Positions 50,704 through 61,036 of a stretch of DNA of 64,000 nucleotides are shown piece by piece. Source of the stretch: Candidatus Equicola faecalis. GTDB lineage: Bacteria > Bacteroidota > Bacteroidia > Bacteroidales > Bacteroidaceae. The stretch lies in assembly GCA_018065185.1 (NCBI GenBank), contig JAGHTU010000004.1, positions 60,042-124,041 of the forward strand, given 5' to 3'. Below the pieces are notes generated by a model that did not search any database, was not told the origin of the DNA, and worked only from the letters and a program-made list of their open reading frames with translations. A program made the position numbers and the translations under genes. Position 1 is the first letter of the stretch. Every line of letters starts with the position of its first letter.

Positions 50704-51726
50704 ATGAGTATGAATGAGAATTCGCGCAGTCTGTATCTTGACAACTTGAAGCTGTTTCTGACCCTGCTGGTCATCTTCCATCATGCCGGCCAGGCATATG
50801 GAAACGGAGGCGGCTGGGCTTATACACCAAGCAATACCGCGGAGTTCCTGCCCTGGATCTGGCATTTCTTCTCCGTAAATGCCGGCTTCTTCATGGGCAT
50901 GTTCTTCCTGATCTCAGGATACTTCGTTCCCCAAAGCTATGACAGACAGGGCGGCAAGGTCTTCGTCAGAAAAAAGCTCGTGCGACTCGGCATCCCTTTG
51001 CTTTTCATGGGAGCGATAACTTCTGCCATAACCAGGACGCTGGAGCCCGCTCACATGTGGTTCGTGGAAAACCTTCTTGTATTCTGCCTTCTGTACGCCC
51101 TCATCAGAACCTTCTGCAAATCGGCACCGGAGGATTGCGAATCAAAGCCCACAATCCCCGGATTGCTCATCCTTGGACTGATCATGGGAGTCGGTAGCTA
51201 CTTCATCCGCAAGGTAAGCCCGCAGGACAACTGGATAATGGTTCCCCTCAAGATAGAGCCCGCCCACTGCCTGCAGTATGTCATGATGTTTGCCATAGGT
51301 GTTCTGTCCGGCCGTTTCAAATGGTTCGAGAAGATGAGCAATACCACCGGCGCCGTTTCCCTTTCGATCGGCGCTGTCCTGGCCGCCGGAATGTATTCAC
51401 TCGGCGACAACCCATGGAGCGGATTCATCTGGGACTGGTATGGCATATATGAGTCCCTGATGTGCGTATTCATCTGCTTCGGCCTGGTATGGCTGTTCAG
51501 GGAATGCTTTTCATCGTCGTCAAAGTTCATGAAATGGTGTGCAGAGCAGTCATACGGAGCATATGTCTTCCACCTGCTGACAATGCTTGGAATCCAATTC
51601 GCCACCGACGGCATCTGGATGGGAGCCTTCGGAAAATTCATGTTCATCGGCATATCAACGACGATTGTCTCCTTTGTGCTCACATGGCTGGTCCGCCTGG
51701 TTCCCGGAGTAAAGAGAGTCCTGTAA
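50704..51726 (+). CDS. Acyltransferase family 3 membrane protein (OpgC/MdoC-like)
   Basis: YLDNLK, LVIFHH, FMGMFFLISGYF, RLGIP, HMWFV and SYGAYVFH, with about 10 TM segments. Confidence 0.88.
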   Translation: MSMNENSRSLYLDNLKLFLTLLVIFHHAGQAYGNGGGWAYTPSNTAEFLPWIWHFFSVNAGFFMGMFFLISGYFVPQSYDRQGGKVFVRKKLVRLGIPLLFMGAITSAITRTLEPAHMWFVENLLVFCLLYALIRTFCKSAPEDCESKPTIPGLLILGLIMGVGSYFIRKVSPQDNWIMVPLKIEPAHCLQYVMMFAIGVLSGRFKWFEKMSNTTGAVSLSIGAVLAAGMYSLGDNPWSGFIWDWYGIYESLMCVFICFGLVWLFRECFSSSSKFMKWCAEQSYGAYVFHLLTMLGIQFATDGIWMGAFGKFMFIGISTTIVSFVLTWLVRLVPGVKRVL

Positions 51727-51941
51727 ATTTATGTTCAAGTATTCAATTTGTATGAATAATCAGGGAAAAAATTAACGGAAGAATTCAAGACACAAACAGC
51801 ATCACTACCCTTACCATAAAGACTCACAGAAAGCACCTGCGCCGCAGGTGTTTATTTGTTTTCCCAACGTAGCCATCAAAGGGTGGTGGGTGGGTCGCAA
51901 ACGTACATCGTTTACGCCTGCCTAACAACATCAGTTGTGGT

Positions 51942-52922
51942 TTACACAAAAGCCCCTGCATCCAGCCCGGTCGACTTGCTGAACACCTGATTCGGAGAGA
52001 GGAATCCGTGCCTTTTCCGCGGCCTTTCATTCAGTTTGCGCTCTACTTCTTCGAGGAACTCCTGCGTGATGTTCGTGAAATCGGAGCCCTTCGGAATATA
52101 CTGTCGTATGAGTCCGTTGGTGTTTTCATTGGCTCCACGCTCCCAGGAATGGTAAGGTCTGGCAAAGAAGAAGCCCACATCCGTTACTCTTGAGACGCGT
52201 TCGTGCTCAGCGAACTGCAAACCATTGTCAGCGGTGATGGTCTTCACGAGGTCATACAGCTTGAGACATTCGAGAATGCCGATGATCTGGTCGGCGGCTT
52301 CCGCAGCGGTCGGGTTCTGGAGCTTTCTGAGCCAGACTTTCCCGGTCTTCCTGTCGTTCAACGTAAGGATATGCTGGGAACGAGCAGCTCCGACAATAGT
52401 ATTTACCTCGTAATCACCGATTCGTTTCTTCCTGTCAACGATTTTCGGCCTTTCGGAGATGTCAATTCTGTTCGGGATTGTGCCCCGTTTCTTTCTCAGT
52501 GCCCCGCGCTTCTTGTGCCGCCGGCCACGATGACGCAAATGCTTGTACAGTTCGCCTCCGTGGGCTTTGTCCCACCAGATATACTGATATATCGTCTCGT
52601 GCGATACCATCTTAATACCCTGCCTGCGACATACTCCCACTATCTGCTCGGGGCTGTAATCCATAAGAATCATCTCATCCACCTTCTTCCTGACATCTTC
52701 CTTGAACCTGCGTGGCAGATGGCGGCAACGCCAGCGGTGGGCAGCCCTCTCCTGGGCTATCCTCGGCTTGTAACATCTGTATCTGCTATAGCCATTTCTC
52801 TGAATCTCCCTTGTGATGGTTGACGGATGGACGTTGAGATATTCGGCTATCTCCTTCTTTGTACATCCGGCTTCCAGTTTTGCAGCGATCTGATACCGCT
52901 GCCACTCTCTTAAATGCGTCAT
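51942..52922 (-). CDS. IS30-family transposase, first catalytic Asp apparently replaced by Asn
   Basis: HTH HPSTITREIQRN, SPEQI, SHETIYQYI, GDYEVNTIVG, TADNG, PYHSWERGANENTNGLIRQY and LNERPRK. Confidence 0.95.
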   Translation of the reverse strand: MTHLREWQRYQIAAKLEAGCTKKEIAEYLNVHPSTITREIQRNGYSRYRCYKPRIAQERAAHRWRCRHLPRRFKEDVRKKVDEMILMDYSPEQIVGVCRRQGIKMVSHETIYQYIWWDKAHGGELYKHLRHRGRRHKKRGALRKKRGTIPNRIDISERPKIVDRKKRIGDYEVNTIVGAARSQHILTLNDRKTGKVWLRKLQNPTAAEAADQIIGILECLKLYDLVKTITADNGLQFAEHERVSRVTDVGFFFARPYHSWERGANENTNGLIRQYIPKGSDFTNITQEFLEEVERKLNERPRKRHGFLSPNQVFSKSTGLDAGAFV

Positions 52923-53204
52923 TTTTGAACCTGTTTTGCGAGCAGACCACCCCGATGTAAAGATTTATACTCAATATAAACCTTTATCTCACAGATTCTT
53001 TCTCAAAAATTGCGTTTACAAGTTGAAAACGGCATACATTTTCTTTACAAGCGTTGGCTCACCTGACTTAAGCCTTATACATAAGGTACGCGCGCGTGCG
53101 CGCGAGGACATATAAGATATATAGAAGACTCTCCAAATCTCCCCAAAGGGAAGCTTTAACACCACTTGATTTTCCACACCCGAAATCATCAAACTTTAGG
53201 TTGC

Positions 53205-53532
53205 TTTTTGACAAACGCACGATTGCCTTTCGACAAACGCTCGATTAGGCTTCGACAAGCGCTCGTTTAAGCCTCGACAAACGCTCGTTTGTGCCTCGTC
53301 TTCCCATCGTTTGTGAGCAGTTAAACGCACGCTTAGTTTTCAGCCTCCAAAGTCGCGGAATATCTCTTCCAATTGAGGGGATTCTTCGGTGCTTTCTTGG
53401 GGGTGTTGCGATGCTGTCGAGAGGGTCTCCTGATGCCCTCTATGGCATCCCTTCGATGGTTATACGAGACCCCTTCGATGGTTATACGGGACTCCTTCGA
53501 TGGAAATCCAAATTTCCTTTGATGGTAATCGG
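53205..53532 (-). repeat. Dispersed non-coding element family A, copy 2 (inverted)
   Basis: Reverse complement of 3915-4243 with scattered substitutions. Both 22-bp arrays are retained. Confidence 0.9.
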
Positions 53533-53670
53533 GATTTCCCTCATCAGATATACGGTCTCCCCTTGTCAATTTTATAAAGATATGTTCTATAAATTATCTC
53601 AAGATAATTCGAGGAGAAAAGTTACAACTAGAGTATTTGTATATAAAAATGTGTATTATCTGTTTTGTTT

Positions 53671-53946
53671 CTACTTCTTGAAGAGTTCCGAATGTGTCCC
53701 AACACGTGTCAGTGATATTGTCCGCGTGTCAATGTCCCTCCATATTAGAAGAAAGTCGTTCTCCACGTGACACTCCATAAAACCCTTGAAGTCGCTTTTC
53801 AACATATGAGGAGCGTACTCATGCGGGACTTCACCTTTTTCCCTAAGCAAATCAAGTACAAACTTTAATGAAGCGAGCTTTTCAGGTCTGTTCCTATATC
53901 TTTTGAGGTCTTTCTTGAACTGCCCTGTCGGAATAAGTGTCCACAT
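53671..53946 (-). CDS. yafQ: Type II toxin, YafQ family mRNA interferase
   Basis: QFKKDLKR, HML, ECHVENDFLLIW and RVGTHSELF. Confidence 0.92.
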   Translation of the reverse strand: MWTLIPTGQFKKDLKRYRNRPEKLASLKFVLDLLREKGEVPHEYAPHMLKSDFKGFMECHVENDFLLIWRDIDTRTISLTRVGTHSELFKK

Positions 53947-53948
53947 AG

Positions 53949-54206
53949 TTACAATGAAGCTATAAATTCATCCCACTTGGAAAGATCCAACGCCTCGCCC
54001 TTGCCTGTCATAGCTTCTTTCATTGCAGCAATGGTAATCTCGTTCGGCTCATCATAAGCAACAGACATAAGAACTCTCTCAACATAATTATTAAGGCTTC
54101 TATTCTCTCTGTGGGCTTTTACCTTGAGCCTTTCAAGCAAATCATTATCCAAACGGAAAGCTGTCTGCTTCTTTTTTGCAACTGCTACATTCATATCAAA
54201 ACTCAT
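53949..54206 (-). CDS. Cognate antitoxin, ribbon-helix-helix type
   Basis: QTAFRLDNDLLERLK, RSLNNYVE and PNEITIAAMKEA. Ends 2 nt before the toxin gene. Confidence 0.85.
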   Translation of the reverse strand: MSFDMNVAVAKKKQTAFRLDNDLLERLKVKAHRENRSLNNYVERVLMSVAYDEPNEITIAAMKEAMTGKGEALDLSKWDEFIASL

Positions 54207-54442
54207 TATTCAGTACAAATGTATAACACTTTGCACACATATCCAAATATTACGCTGATTTTTAATGTTATGGCAGACAGGAGACTTTGCAGGTGAGCCA
54301 AATTTTCTTTTTTGCTGAGGTTTTTCGTCAGATGCACTAACTCTATTAATGCTTACAAATAAAATCTAAAAATACAAGTATTATTTGGCTTTGTCTTCGC
54401 TTTGCACTAATTTTGCAGTCGCAAATTTATTTATTGAAGACT

Positions 54443-54524
54443 GCGCCTGTGGCGGAATTGGCAGACGCGCTAGACTTAGGATCTAGTGTCTTACGACGTG
54501 CAGGTTCGATTCCTGTCAGGCGCA
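54443..54524 (+). tRNA. tRNA-Leu(TAG)
   Basis: GCGCCTGTGGCGGAATTGGCAGACGC, CTAGA-CTTAGGA-TCTAG, GGTTCGATTCC and CAGGCGCA. Confidence 0.95.
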
Positions 54525-54561
54525 CTCTTTATTGTATTATTTCTATTGTAATAGGTTTTAG

Positions 54562-55563
54562 ATGAAAGTTGCGATAGTAGGTGCAAGTGGTGCAGTAGGT
54601 CAGGAATTCCTACGTGTCTTAGAAGAAAGAAATTTTCCCATTGATGATTTAGTACTTTTCGGATCCGAGCGTAGTGCAGGCACGAAATATCCGTTCAAGG
54701 GCAAGGAATACGAAGTAAAACTGCTTCAGCACAACGATGACTTCAAGAATATTGACATAGCTTTCACATCTGCCAGTGCAGGAGTGTCGCGCGAATATGC
54801 CGAGACCATCACGCGCTACGGATGCTTGATGATAGACAACTCCAAGGCGTTCCGTATGCAGGAAGACGTGCCGCTCGTGGTGCCTGAGTGTAATGCAGAA
54901 GATGCCCTTGTGCATCCGCGTAACATCATCGCCAACCCGAACTGCACCACGATAATGATGGTGACAGCCCTCCAGCCACTAGAGAACATCAGTCACATCA
55001 AGCGCATTCACGTGGCAAGTTACCAGAGTGCGAGCGGTGCCGGTGCAACTGCAATGGCAGAACTGCAACAGCAATACGCCGAGATAGGAGAAGGAAGACC
55101 TGTAACGATAAACAAATTCCAATACCAGTTGGCTTACAACGTCATTCCGCAGATAGACGTCTTCATGGACAGCGGTTACACGATGGAAGAAGAAAAGATG
55201 TTCAACGAGACACGCAAGATAATGCATTCCGACGTGTTGTGCTCTGCCATGTGCGTAAGGGTGAGCACGCTACGTTCCCACTCCGAGAGCGTATGGATAG
55301 AGACGGAACGTCCTATCAGCGTAGAGGAAGCGCAGAAAGCCATATCTGCTGCCCCAGGATGCACACTCTGTGACGACCCTGAGCACCGCATCTATCCCAT
55401 GCCACTTGACACGGCAGGAAAAGACGACGTGTTCGTGGGGCGCATAAGGAAAGACTTGGCTTGCGAAAACGGACTGACCTTCTGGCTCAGTAGCGACCAG
55501 ATACGCAAAGGGGCAGCCCTGAATGCCGTACAGATAGCCGAAGTGGTGATAGGTGCAAACTGA
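54562..55563 (+). CDS. asd: Aspartate-semialdehyde dehydrogenase
   Basis: [23 protein letters not shown] and [14 protein letters not shown]. Confidence 0.96.
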   Translation: MKVAIVGASGAVGQEFLRVLEERNFPIDDLVLFGSERSAGTKYPFKGKEYEVKLLQHNDDFKNIDIAFTSASAGVSREYAETITRYGCLMIDNSKAFRMQEDVPLVVPECNAEDALVHPRNIIANPNCTTIMMVTALQPLENISHIKRIHVASYQSASGAGATAMAELQQQYAEIGEGRPVTINKFQYQLAYNVIPQIDVFMDSGYTMEEEKMFNETRKIMHSDVLCSAMCVRVSTLRSHSESVWIETERPISVEEAQKAISAAPGCTLCDDPEHRIYPMPLDTAGKDDVFVGRIRKDLACENGLTFWLSSDQIRKGAALNAVQIAEVVIGAN

Positions 55564-55644
55564 CAATCAACAATTGACAGTTTCCAGCGCTTGAAGTCGT
55601 AATAGCTATTTTAATTATTAATTGTTAATTATTAATTTATTATC

Positions 55645-57750
55645 TTGTTCTCACTGCCTATCACCGACCCCACATGGATTTTCTTCACCGTACTGATGAT
55701 AATCCTCTTTGCGCCGATGGTGATGCGCCGTCTGCGCATACCGCATATCATAGGGATGATTCTGGCAGGTGTCGTGATTGGTCCGCATGCGGCAAACGTG
55801 CTTGACCGCGATAGTTCGTTTGAAATCTTCGGACAGGTAGGACTTTATTATATCATGTTCCTTGCAGCCCTTGAGATGGACACAAGGGCACTGGTGAAGA
55901 ACGTCGGGAAATACCTTATGTTCGGTATTGCCACATTCCTGATACCTTTCATATTGGCATGGGGGGCAAGCCGAATGTTTCTGCACTACACACCGCAACA
56001 GAGTCTGCTGTTTTCTGCCCTGCTATCTTCCAACACCCTCATAGCCTACCCTATCATCAGTCGTTACGGACTGGGGCGGAAAAAGAGCGTGAGCCTCAGC
56101 GTGGGAGGTTCCATGATAGCCCTATTGCTTTCGCTCATCATAGTGGCAGGCATAGCCACATCATTTGAAGACGATGACGTGGTAATGGCATGGAGCTTGT
56201 TTGCAATAAAAATCATCGCTTTCGGTGTGGTAATGATATTGTTCGTGCCACGTCTGACGCGCGTATTCCTGCGGTATTATTCTGATTCCGTGACACAATT
56301 CATCTATGTACTCGGCATAATGTTCCTCTCATCTGCATTGGCAGAGGTGTGTGGCATAGAAGGTGTGCTCGGCGCATTCATCGCCGGACTGATAATGAAC
56401 CGCTATATTCCGCATGTGTCACCACTGATGAATAGGATAGAATTTGTGGGCAATGCACTGTTCATACCTTATTTCCTTATCGGTGTGGGTATGCTGATTG
56501 ACATCAAGACGATGTATCACGGCATCAAGACATGGCAGATTGTGGGCATTATGGTGATAGTTGGCACCATCGGCAAGGCACTAGCAGCCTACCTGACGAG
56601 TTGGGTGTTGCACATGAAAAAGAACGACGGGACAATGATTTTCGGCTTGACCTCGGCACATGCAGCAGGAGCGATAGCCATCATAATGGTGGGAATGAGA
56701 CTTGAGACAGCACCCGGCAAATACCTGATGGACAATGGTATTCTGAACGGTGTCGTGATAATGATTCTTATCACCTGCATCATCTCAGGAATGGTGACAG
56801 AGAGCGCAGCACGGCGCACAGCACTCGAAGACAAACGGGAAGATGACAGCGCGGAAACCACTGATGCTGATGACGAGAAAATACTACTTCCCGTAAAAAG
56901 CGAAGCCTCTGCAGAACATCTGCTTGACCTGGGAGCGATGATGTGCAACCATAGCCTTAACCGTGGTCTTATAGCACTGAATGTCGTCTATGACGATGCC
57001 GACAGCGGTGTGCATCAGCGCGAGGGGCGCATCATGCTTGAACGTATGATGAAGCAGGCAGCCGGAATGGATGTCAGGATACAGACACAAAGCCGACTGG
57101 CATCAAACGTGGCAAACGGCATAGTGCATGCCTTCAAGGAATACGATGCCAGCGAACTCATTGTGGGATGTAACGGCTTTGAATCTCCACGGGCAAACTC
57201 GCTCGGCAACACCCTTGACAGCCTGATTTCACAGCTCAACAGACAGATTATCATCACCCGAATCTTCCGCCCACTGAACACCATACGCATGATTGACGTG
57301 GTGGTGCCACAGAAAGCGGAATATGAACAGGGATTCTACCGCTGGGCAGAGCGTCTGGCACGTCTATCAGAAAACTTGTCATGCCGTATGACGTTCCATT
57401 GCAGTGGCAGATCGGCACAAATGATAGCGAATTACATGGCTCATCGTCATGCTGATGTGACGTTTACCATTGAGGAGTTCACATCTTCTGACAACATCCA
57501 AGAACTGAACATAAAAGAAGACCATCTGCTTGTGTTGGTAGTGGCACGTCGTGGAACACTGTCCTATTCCTCGCACTTTGAGAAACTGCCGACAGTCATC
57601 TCGCAGACCTACCCACAACACAGCATCCTGATGCTCTTCCCTGATCAGTATGGTCTGCCTATAGACGAAATCACATTTACTGCCCCTCTTGCACAGGACG
57701 AGAAAAGCGGATGGGCAATCCTAAGACGATTCTTTACAAAACGCAAATGA
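55645..57750 (+). CDS. Cation:proton antiporter (CPA2) with C-terminal USP-like domain
   Basis: About 12 TM segments, LRIPHIIGMILAGVVIGP, GAFIAGL and FIPYFLIGVG, then a soluble C-terminal domain. Confidence 0.88.
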   Translation: MFSLPITDPTWIFFTVLMIILFAPMVMRRLRIPHIIGMILAGVVIGPHAANVLDRDSSFEIFGQVGLYYIMFLAALEMDTRALVKNVGKYLMFGIATFLIPFILAWGASRMFLHYTPQQSLLFSALLSSNTLIAYPIISRYGLGRKKSVSLSVGGSMIALLLSLIIVAGIATSFEDDDVVMAWSLFAIKIIAFGVVMILFVPRLTRVFLRYYSDSVTQFIYVLGIMFLSSALAEVCGIEGVLGAFIAGLIMNRYIPHVSPLMNRIEFVGNALFIPYFLIGVGMLIDIKTMYHGIKTWQIVGIMVIVGTIGKALAAYLTSWVLHMKKNDGTMIFGLTSAHAAGAIAIIMVGMRLETAPGKYLMDNGILNGVVIMILITCIISGMVTESAARRTALEDKREDDSAETTDADDEKILLPVKSEASAEHLLDLGAMMCNHSLNRGLIALNVVYDDADSGVHQREGRIMLERMMKQAAGMDVRIQTQSRLASNVANGIVHAFKEYDASELIVGCNGFESPRANSLGNTLDSLISQLNRQIIITRIFRPLNTIRMIDVVVPQKAEYEQGFYRWAERLARLSENLSCRMTFHCSGRSAQMIANYMAHRHADVTFTIEEFTSSDNIQELNIKEDHLLVLVVARRGTLSYSSHFEKLPTVISQTYPQHSILMLFPDQYGLPIDEITFTAPLAQDEKSGWAILRRFFTKRK

Positions 57751-58631
57751 TAAGACAGAACTCATTAAAAGCATGGGTGCTCGCTGCACGTCCCAAGACA
57801 CTCACGGCAGCAGCCTCACCGGTGGCTGTAGGTGCGGCATACGCCATATCACAATATGGGGAACAGGCATACGCAGACTATACACCCATCATCTTGTGCT
57901 TCGCCTTTGCACTAATAATGCAGATAAATGCCAACTTCATAAACGACTATTACGACTTCCTTCGTGGCTCAGATAGGACTGACCGTTTGGGACCAGAACG
58001 TGCATGCGCACAAGGGTGGGTGACAGAGAAAGCCATGAAATCCGCAATACTGACGACATCGATATGCTCATGCCTCGTAGGATTGCCGTTGGTCTTTTAT
58101 GGTGGTTGGTGGCTGATAATAATAGGTGCAATATGCGTGGCAGGAGCGTACCTCTACACCACACGCCTCTCATATAAGGGAGGGGGAGATGTGATGGTGC
58201 TTATGTGCTTCGGCATAATCCCTGTGGTGTTCACCGCCTACTGCATGATGCAGAGATTCGACGGGTGGATGTTCCTGCTGGGGTTGGCAATGGGACTCGT
58301 CACAGACGACCTGCTGATGATTAACAACTACCGCGACCGCGAACAGGACGCTCTCAGTGGAAAGCGGACACTTGCCGTGCGACTGACACCGCGTGCATCA
58401 GTGCAACTGTACTGGTATCTTGGCAGTTTCGGTGCAGTAATTGCATACATCATACTATGGTATTTGAATGACCGCTACTGCCTGCTCATCATCATCTATC
58501 TGCTTATCCATTTCTTCACATTCAAGAAGATGCGACACCTTGACGGCAAGGCACTGAATGCCATCCTCGCCAAGACGGCGCGCAACATTTTCATCTTTGC
58601 CATCGTGGTGTGTGTGGCATTATTACTATAG
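57747..58631 (+). CDS. menA: 1,4-dihydroxy-2-naphthoate polyprenyltransferase
   Basis: AARPKTL, NFINDYYD and NNYRDREQDALSGKRTLAVR. Confidence 0.92.
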   Translation: MIRQNSLKAWVLAARPKTLTAAASPVAVGAAYAISQYGEQAYADYTPIILCFAFALIMQINANFINDYYDFLRGSDRTDRLGPERACAQGWVTEKAMKSAILTTSICSCLVGLPLVFYGGWWLIIIGAICVAGAYLYTTRLSYKGGGDVMVLMCFGIIPVVFTAYCMMQRFDGWMFLLGLAMGLVTDDLLMINNYRDREQDALSGKRTLAVRLTPRASVQLYWYLGSFGAVIAYIILWYLNDRYCLLIIIYLLIHFFTFKKMRHLDGKALNAILAKTARNIFIFAIVVCVALLL

Positions 58632-58635
58632 AATC

Positions 58636-59328
58636 ATGGCAAAAAAGGAATTTGTCAACCGCATGTTTGACGACATTGCACCAACCTACGACCGTCTAAA
58701 TCATCTCCTTTCGATGGACGTGGATAAGGCGTGGAGACGGAAAGCCGTAAGAGCCATCATGGCAGGACACCCCTCACAGGTGGCCGACCTTGCATGTGGC
58801 ACAGCCGACTTCTCCATCGCACTTGCACGAGCAGGAGTGGAGGAAGTCATCGGCTATGACATCTCGGAAGGTATGCTGAAGGTGGGGCGAGAGAAAGTTG
58901 ACAACCTCGGGCTTGCCGACCACATCCGACTGGAGAATGGCGACTCGGAATGTCTGCCCCTTGCCGACGGCAGCGTAGATGCCGTGACCGTGGCTTTCGG
59001 CATCCGCAACTTCGAGCACAAGGACATCGGCCTGCGCGAGATGCACCGCATACTGCGACCGAGAGGGCGCGTCTGCGTACTGGAACTGTCCGTGCCACAA
59101 TGCCGCCTGATACGTGAACTTTATAAACTATACTTCCTCCATATACTGCCGTTCTTTGGCGGGCTTGTGTCTGGCAACCGCGAAGCTTACCGTTATCTGC
59201 CTGTCTCGGTGATAAACTTTCCACCTCCTGCAGAATTTATGGAGATGATGAAAAAAGCAGGCTTCCATAACGTGGAAACCCGCTCGTTCACATTCGGTCT
59301 CTGCCGTATGTATCTCGGTGAGGTTTGA
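58636..59328 (+). CDS. menG: Demethylmenaquinone methyltransferase (UbiE/MenG)
   Basis: MFDDIAPTYDRLNHLLS, DLACGTAD, VAFGIRNF and AYRYLP. Confidence 0.92.
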   Translation: MAKKEFVNRMFDDIAPTYDRLNHLLSMDVDKAWRRKAVRAIMAGHPSQVADLACGTADFSIALARAGVEEVIGYDISEGMLKVGREKVDNLGLADHIRLENGDSECLPLADGSVDAVTVAFGIRNFEHKDIGLREMHRILRPRGRVCVLELSVPQCRLIRELYKLYFLHILPFFGGLVSGNREAYRYLPVSVINFPPPAEFMEMMKKAGFHNVETRSFTFGLCRMYLGEV

Positions 59329-59349
59329 GACGCCCTTCTATCTTATGCT

Positions 59350-61023
59350 CTAAACATTTTTATAGTCTTCAAGGTCTTCAGCGCGGAAAGTCTTGATGAA
59401 AGCATAACAACGCTCCACCTCGCTCTGTGCCAGTCGCATGAAGACACGGCTTGTCTTTCCGAACAGTTCCGGTGCACGCGAAGCATCATCAGCAAGCATT
59501 TGGGCAAGCAGGATGTTACCTGTCATGTCATACAGACTGCGACCGAGGAAATCCAGCACCTCTTTTGAGTCGAATGTCTTTACCATCTCTACGGCATCGG
59601 CGTACTTTTCAATAATCGCGGTAAAATCGCCATTATCCATCTCTCGCATCATATCAAGGTAAGTACCATTGGTAATATACCTCAACGCAGCCACCACCTG
59701 CAACTGTGTCGTCCCCTCATAGATGGAGAAGATACGTGCATCACGATACAGTCGCTGACTCTTGTACTCCATGATGAAGCCCGAACCGCCATGTATCTGT
59801 ATCGCATCATACGCACATTGGTTGGCATATTCCGATGTCATGCCCTTTGCTATTGGTGTCAAAGCATCAGCAAGGCGTGAATACTTCTTCTGTTCCTGCC
59901 TCTCCTCCGTAGTGAGTTTCCGCTCGTGAGAGATGTCTTCAAGGTTCTTATATATATCGACGTAACGTGCCGTCATATAAAGGACAGAACGTCCTGCATC
60001 AAGTTTGGCTTTTATGCGCGTAAGCATGTCATAGACAGCAGGGAAATCCTTTATCACGGTGTCAAACTGCTTTCGCTCACCGGCATATTTCACCGCCTCG
60101 TTGTATGCCTCCTGACATACACCTACGCTTTGGGCTGCAATACCAAGACGCGCACCGTTCATCAGCGACATCACGTATTTGATGAGCCCCAACCGTGTGC
60201 TGCCACACAGTTCTGCCTTTGCATTCTTAAAGACCAACTCACACGTAGGTGAGCCATGTATGCCCAGTTTATGCTCAATATGGCGCACATTGACGCCACC
60301 CGTCCGCTTGTCGTAGATGAACATTGATAGTCCGCGCCCGTCACGCGTACCCTCTTCCGAACGTGCAAGCACGAGATGAACATCTGAGTCGCCATTGGTG
60401 ATGAAGCGTTTCACACCATTTAGACGCCAACACTGCTCATCATCGTCATAAGTAGCCTTCAACATGACGCGCTGTAGGTCACTGCCAGCATCCGGCTCGG
60501 TGAGGTCCATTGACATTGTTGCCCCTTGGCAGATGCGCGGAATGTATCGCTGTCGTTGATCTTCAGAGCCGAACTCATAGAGCGTGTCAATACACGACTG
60601 CAACGACCAGATATTTTGAAACCCAGCATCGGCAGCAGCCACAATCTCGCTCAACATGGAAAAGGCAACGATAGGGAAATTCATGCCACCATAACGCCGT
60701 GGCATACTCACGCCATTCAGCCCAGCCTTATTCATCGCTTCCAGATTCTCGAATGTCTTTGAGGCGTAAATCATACGACCGTCTTCCAGATGCGGACCTT
60801 CCTCGTCCACACTCTCGCTGTTCGGCGCGATGATGTTGGCTGCCACATCACCGGCAATCTCCATCACAAGGTCATAATTCTCCAAAGCCTCTTCCAAACT
60901 GGCAGGGGCTTCCTTATATTGGTCTTTATCTCTATAATCCACTTCTTTCAGTTCCACAATCCTCTTCATCAGCGGATGAGCGAGGTGGAATTTCAATTCA
61001 GGATGATCGCTATAATAATTCAT
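59350..61023 (-). CDS. Acyl-CoA dehydrogenase
   Basis: MDLTEPDAGSD, GVKRFITNG, KLGIHGSPT, IQIHGGSG and IYEGTTQLQ. Confidence 0.93.
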   Translation of the reverse strand: MNYYSDHPELKFHLAHPLMKRIVELKEVDYRDKDQYKEAPASLEEALENYDLVMEIAGDVAANIIAPNSESVDEEGPHLEDGRMIYASKTFENLEAMNKAGLNGVSMPRRYGGMNFPIVAFSMLSEIVAAADAGFQNIWSLQSCIDTLYEFGSEDQRQRYIPRICQGATMSMDLTEPDAGSDLQRVMLKATYDDDEQCWRLNGVKRFITNGDSDVHLVLARSEEGTRDGRGLSMFIYDKRTGGVNVRHIEHKLGIHGSPTCELVFKNAKAELCGSTRLGLIKYVMSLMNGARLGIAAQSVGVCQEAYNEAVKYAGERKQFDTVIKDFPAVYDMLTRIKAKLDAGRSVLYMTARYVDIYKNLEDISHERKLTTEERQEQKKYSRLADALTPIAKGMTSEYANQCAYDAIQIHGGSGFIMEYKSQRLYRDARIFSIYEGTTQLQVVAALRYITNGTYLDMMREMDNGDFTAIIEKYADAVEMVKTFDSKEVLDFLGRSLYDMTGNILLAQMLADDASRAPELFGKTSRVFMRLAQSEVERCYAFIKTFRAEDLEDYKNV

Positions 61024-61036
61024 AATTGATAATTTA

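Larger units (their letters stand above)
50199..53033 (-). mobile_element. IS30-family element with passenger genes (2835 bp)
   Basis: Imperfect 26-bp terminal inverted repeats at 50199-50224 and 53008-53033 (16/26 match, shared TTCAA-n5-AAACGCAAT). Both ends are flanked by ATA (50196-50198 and 53034-53036). Contains an IS30 transposase. Confidence 0.7.

Noticed and set aside
53560-54524. Prophage or integrative element at tRNA-Leu(TAG)
   Set aside because: There is no integrase and I saw no duplicated tRNA 3' end. The accessory genes lie on the 5' side of the tRNA.
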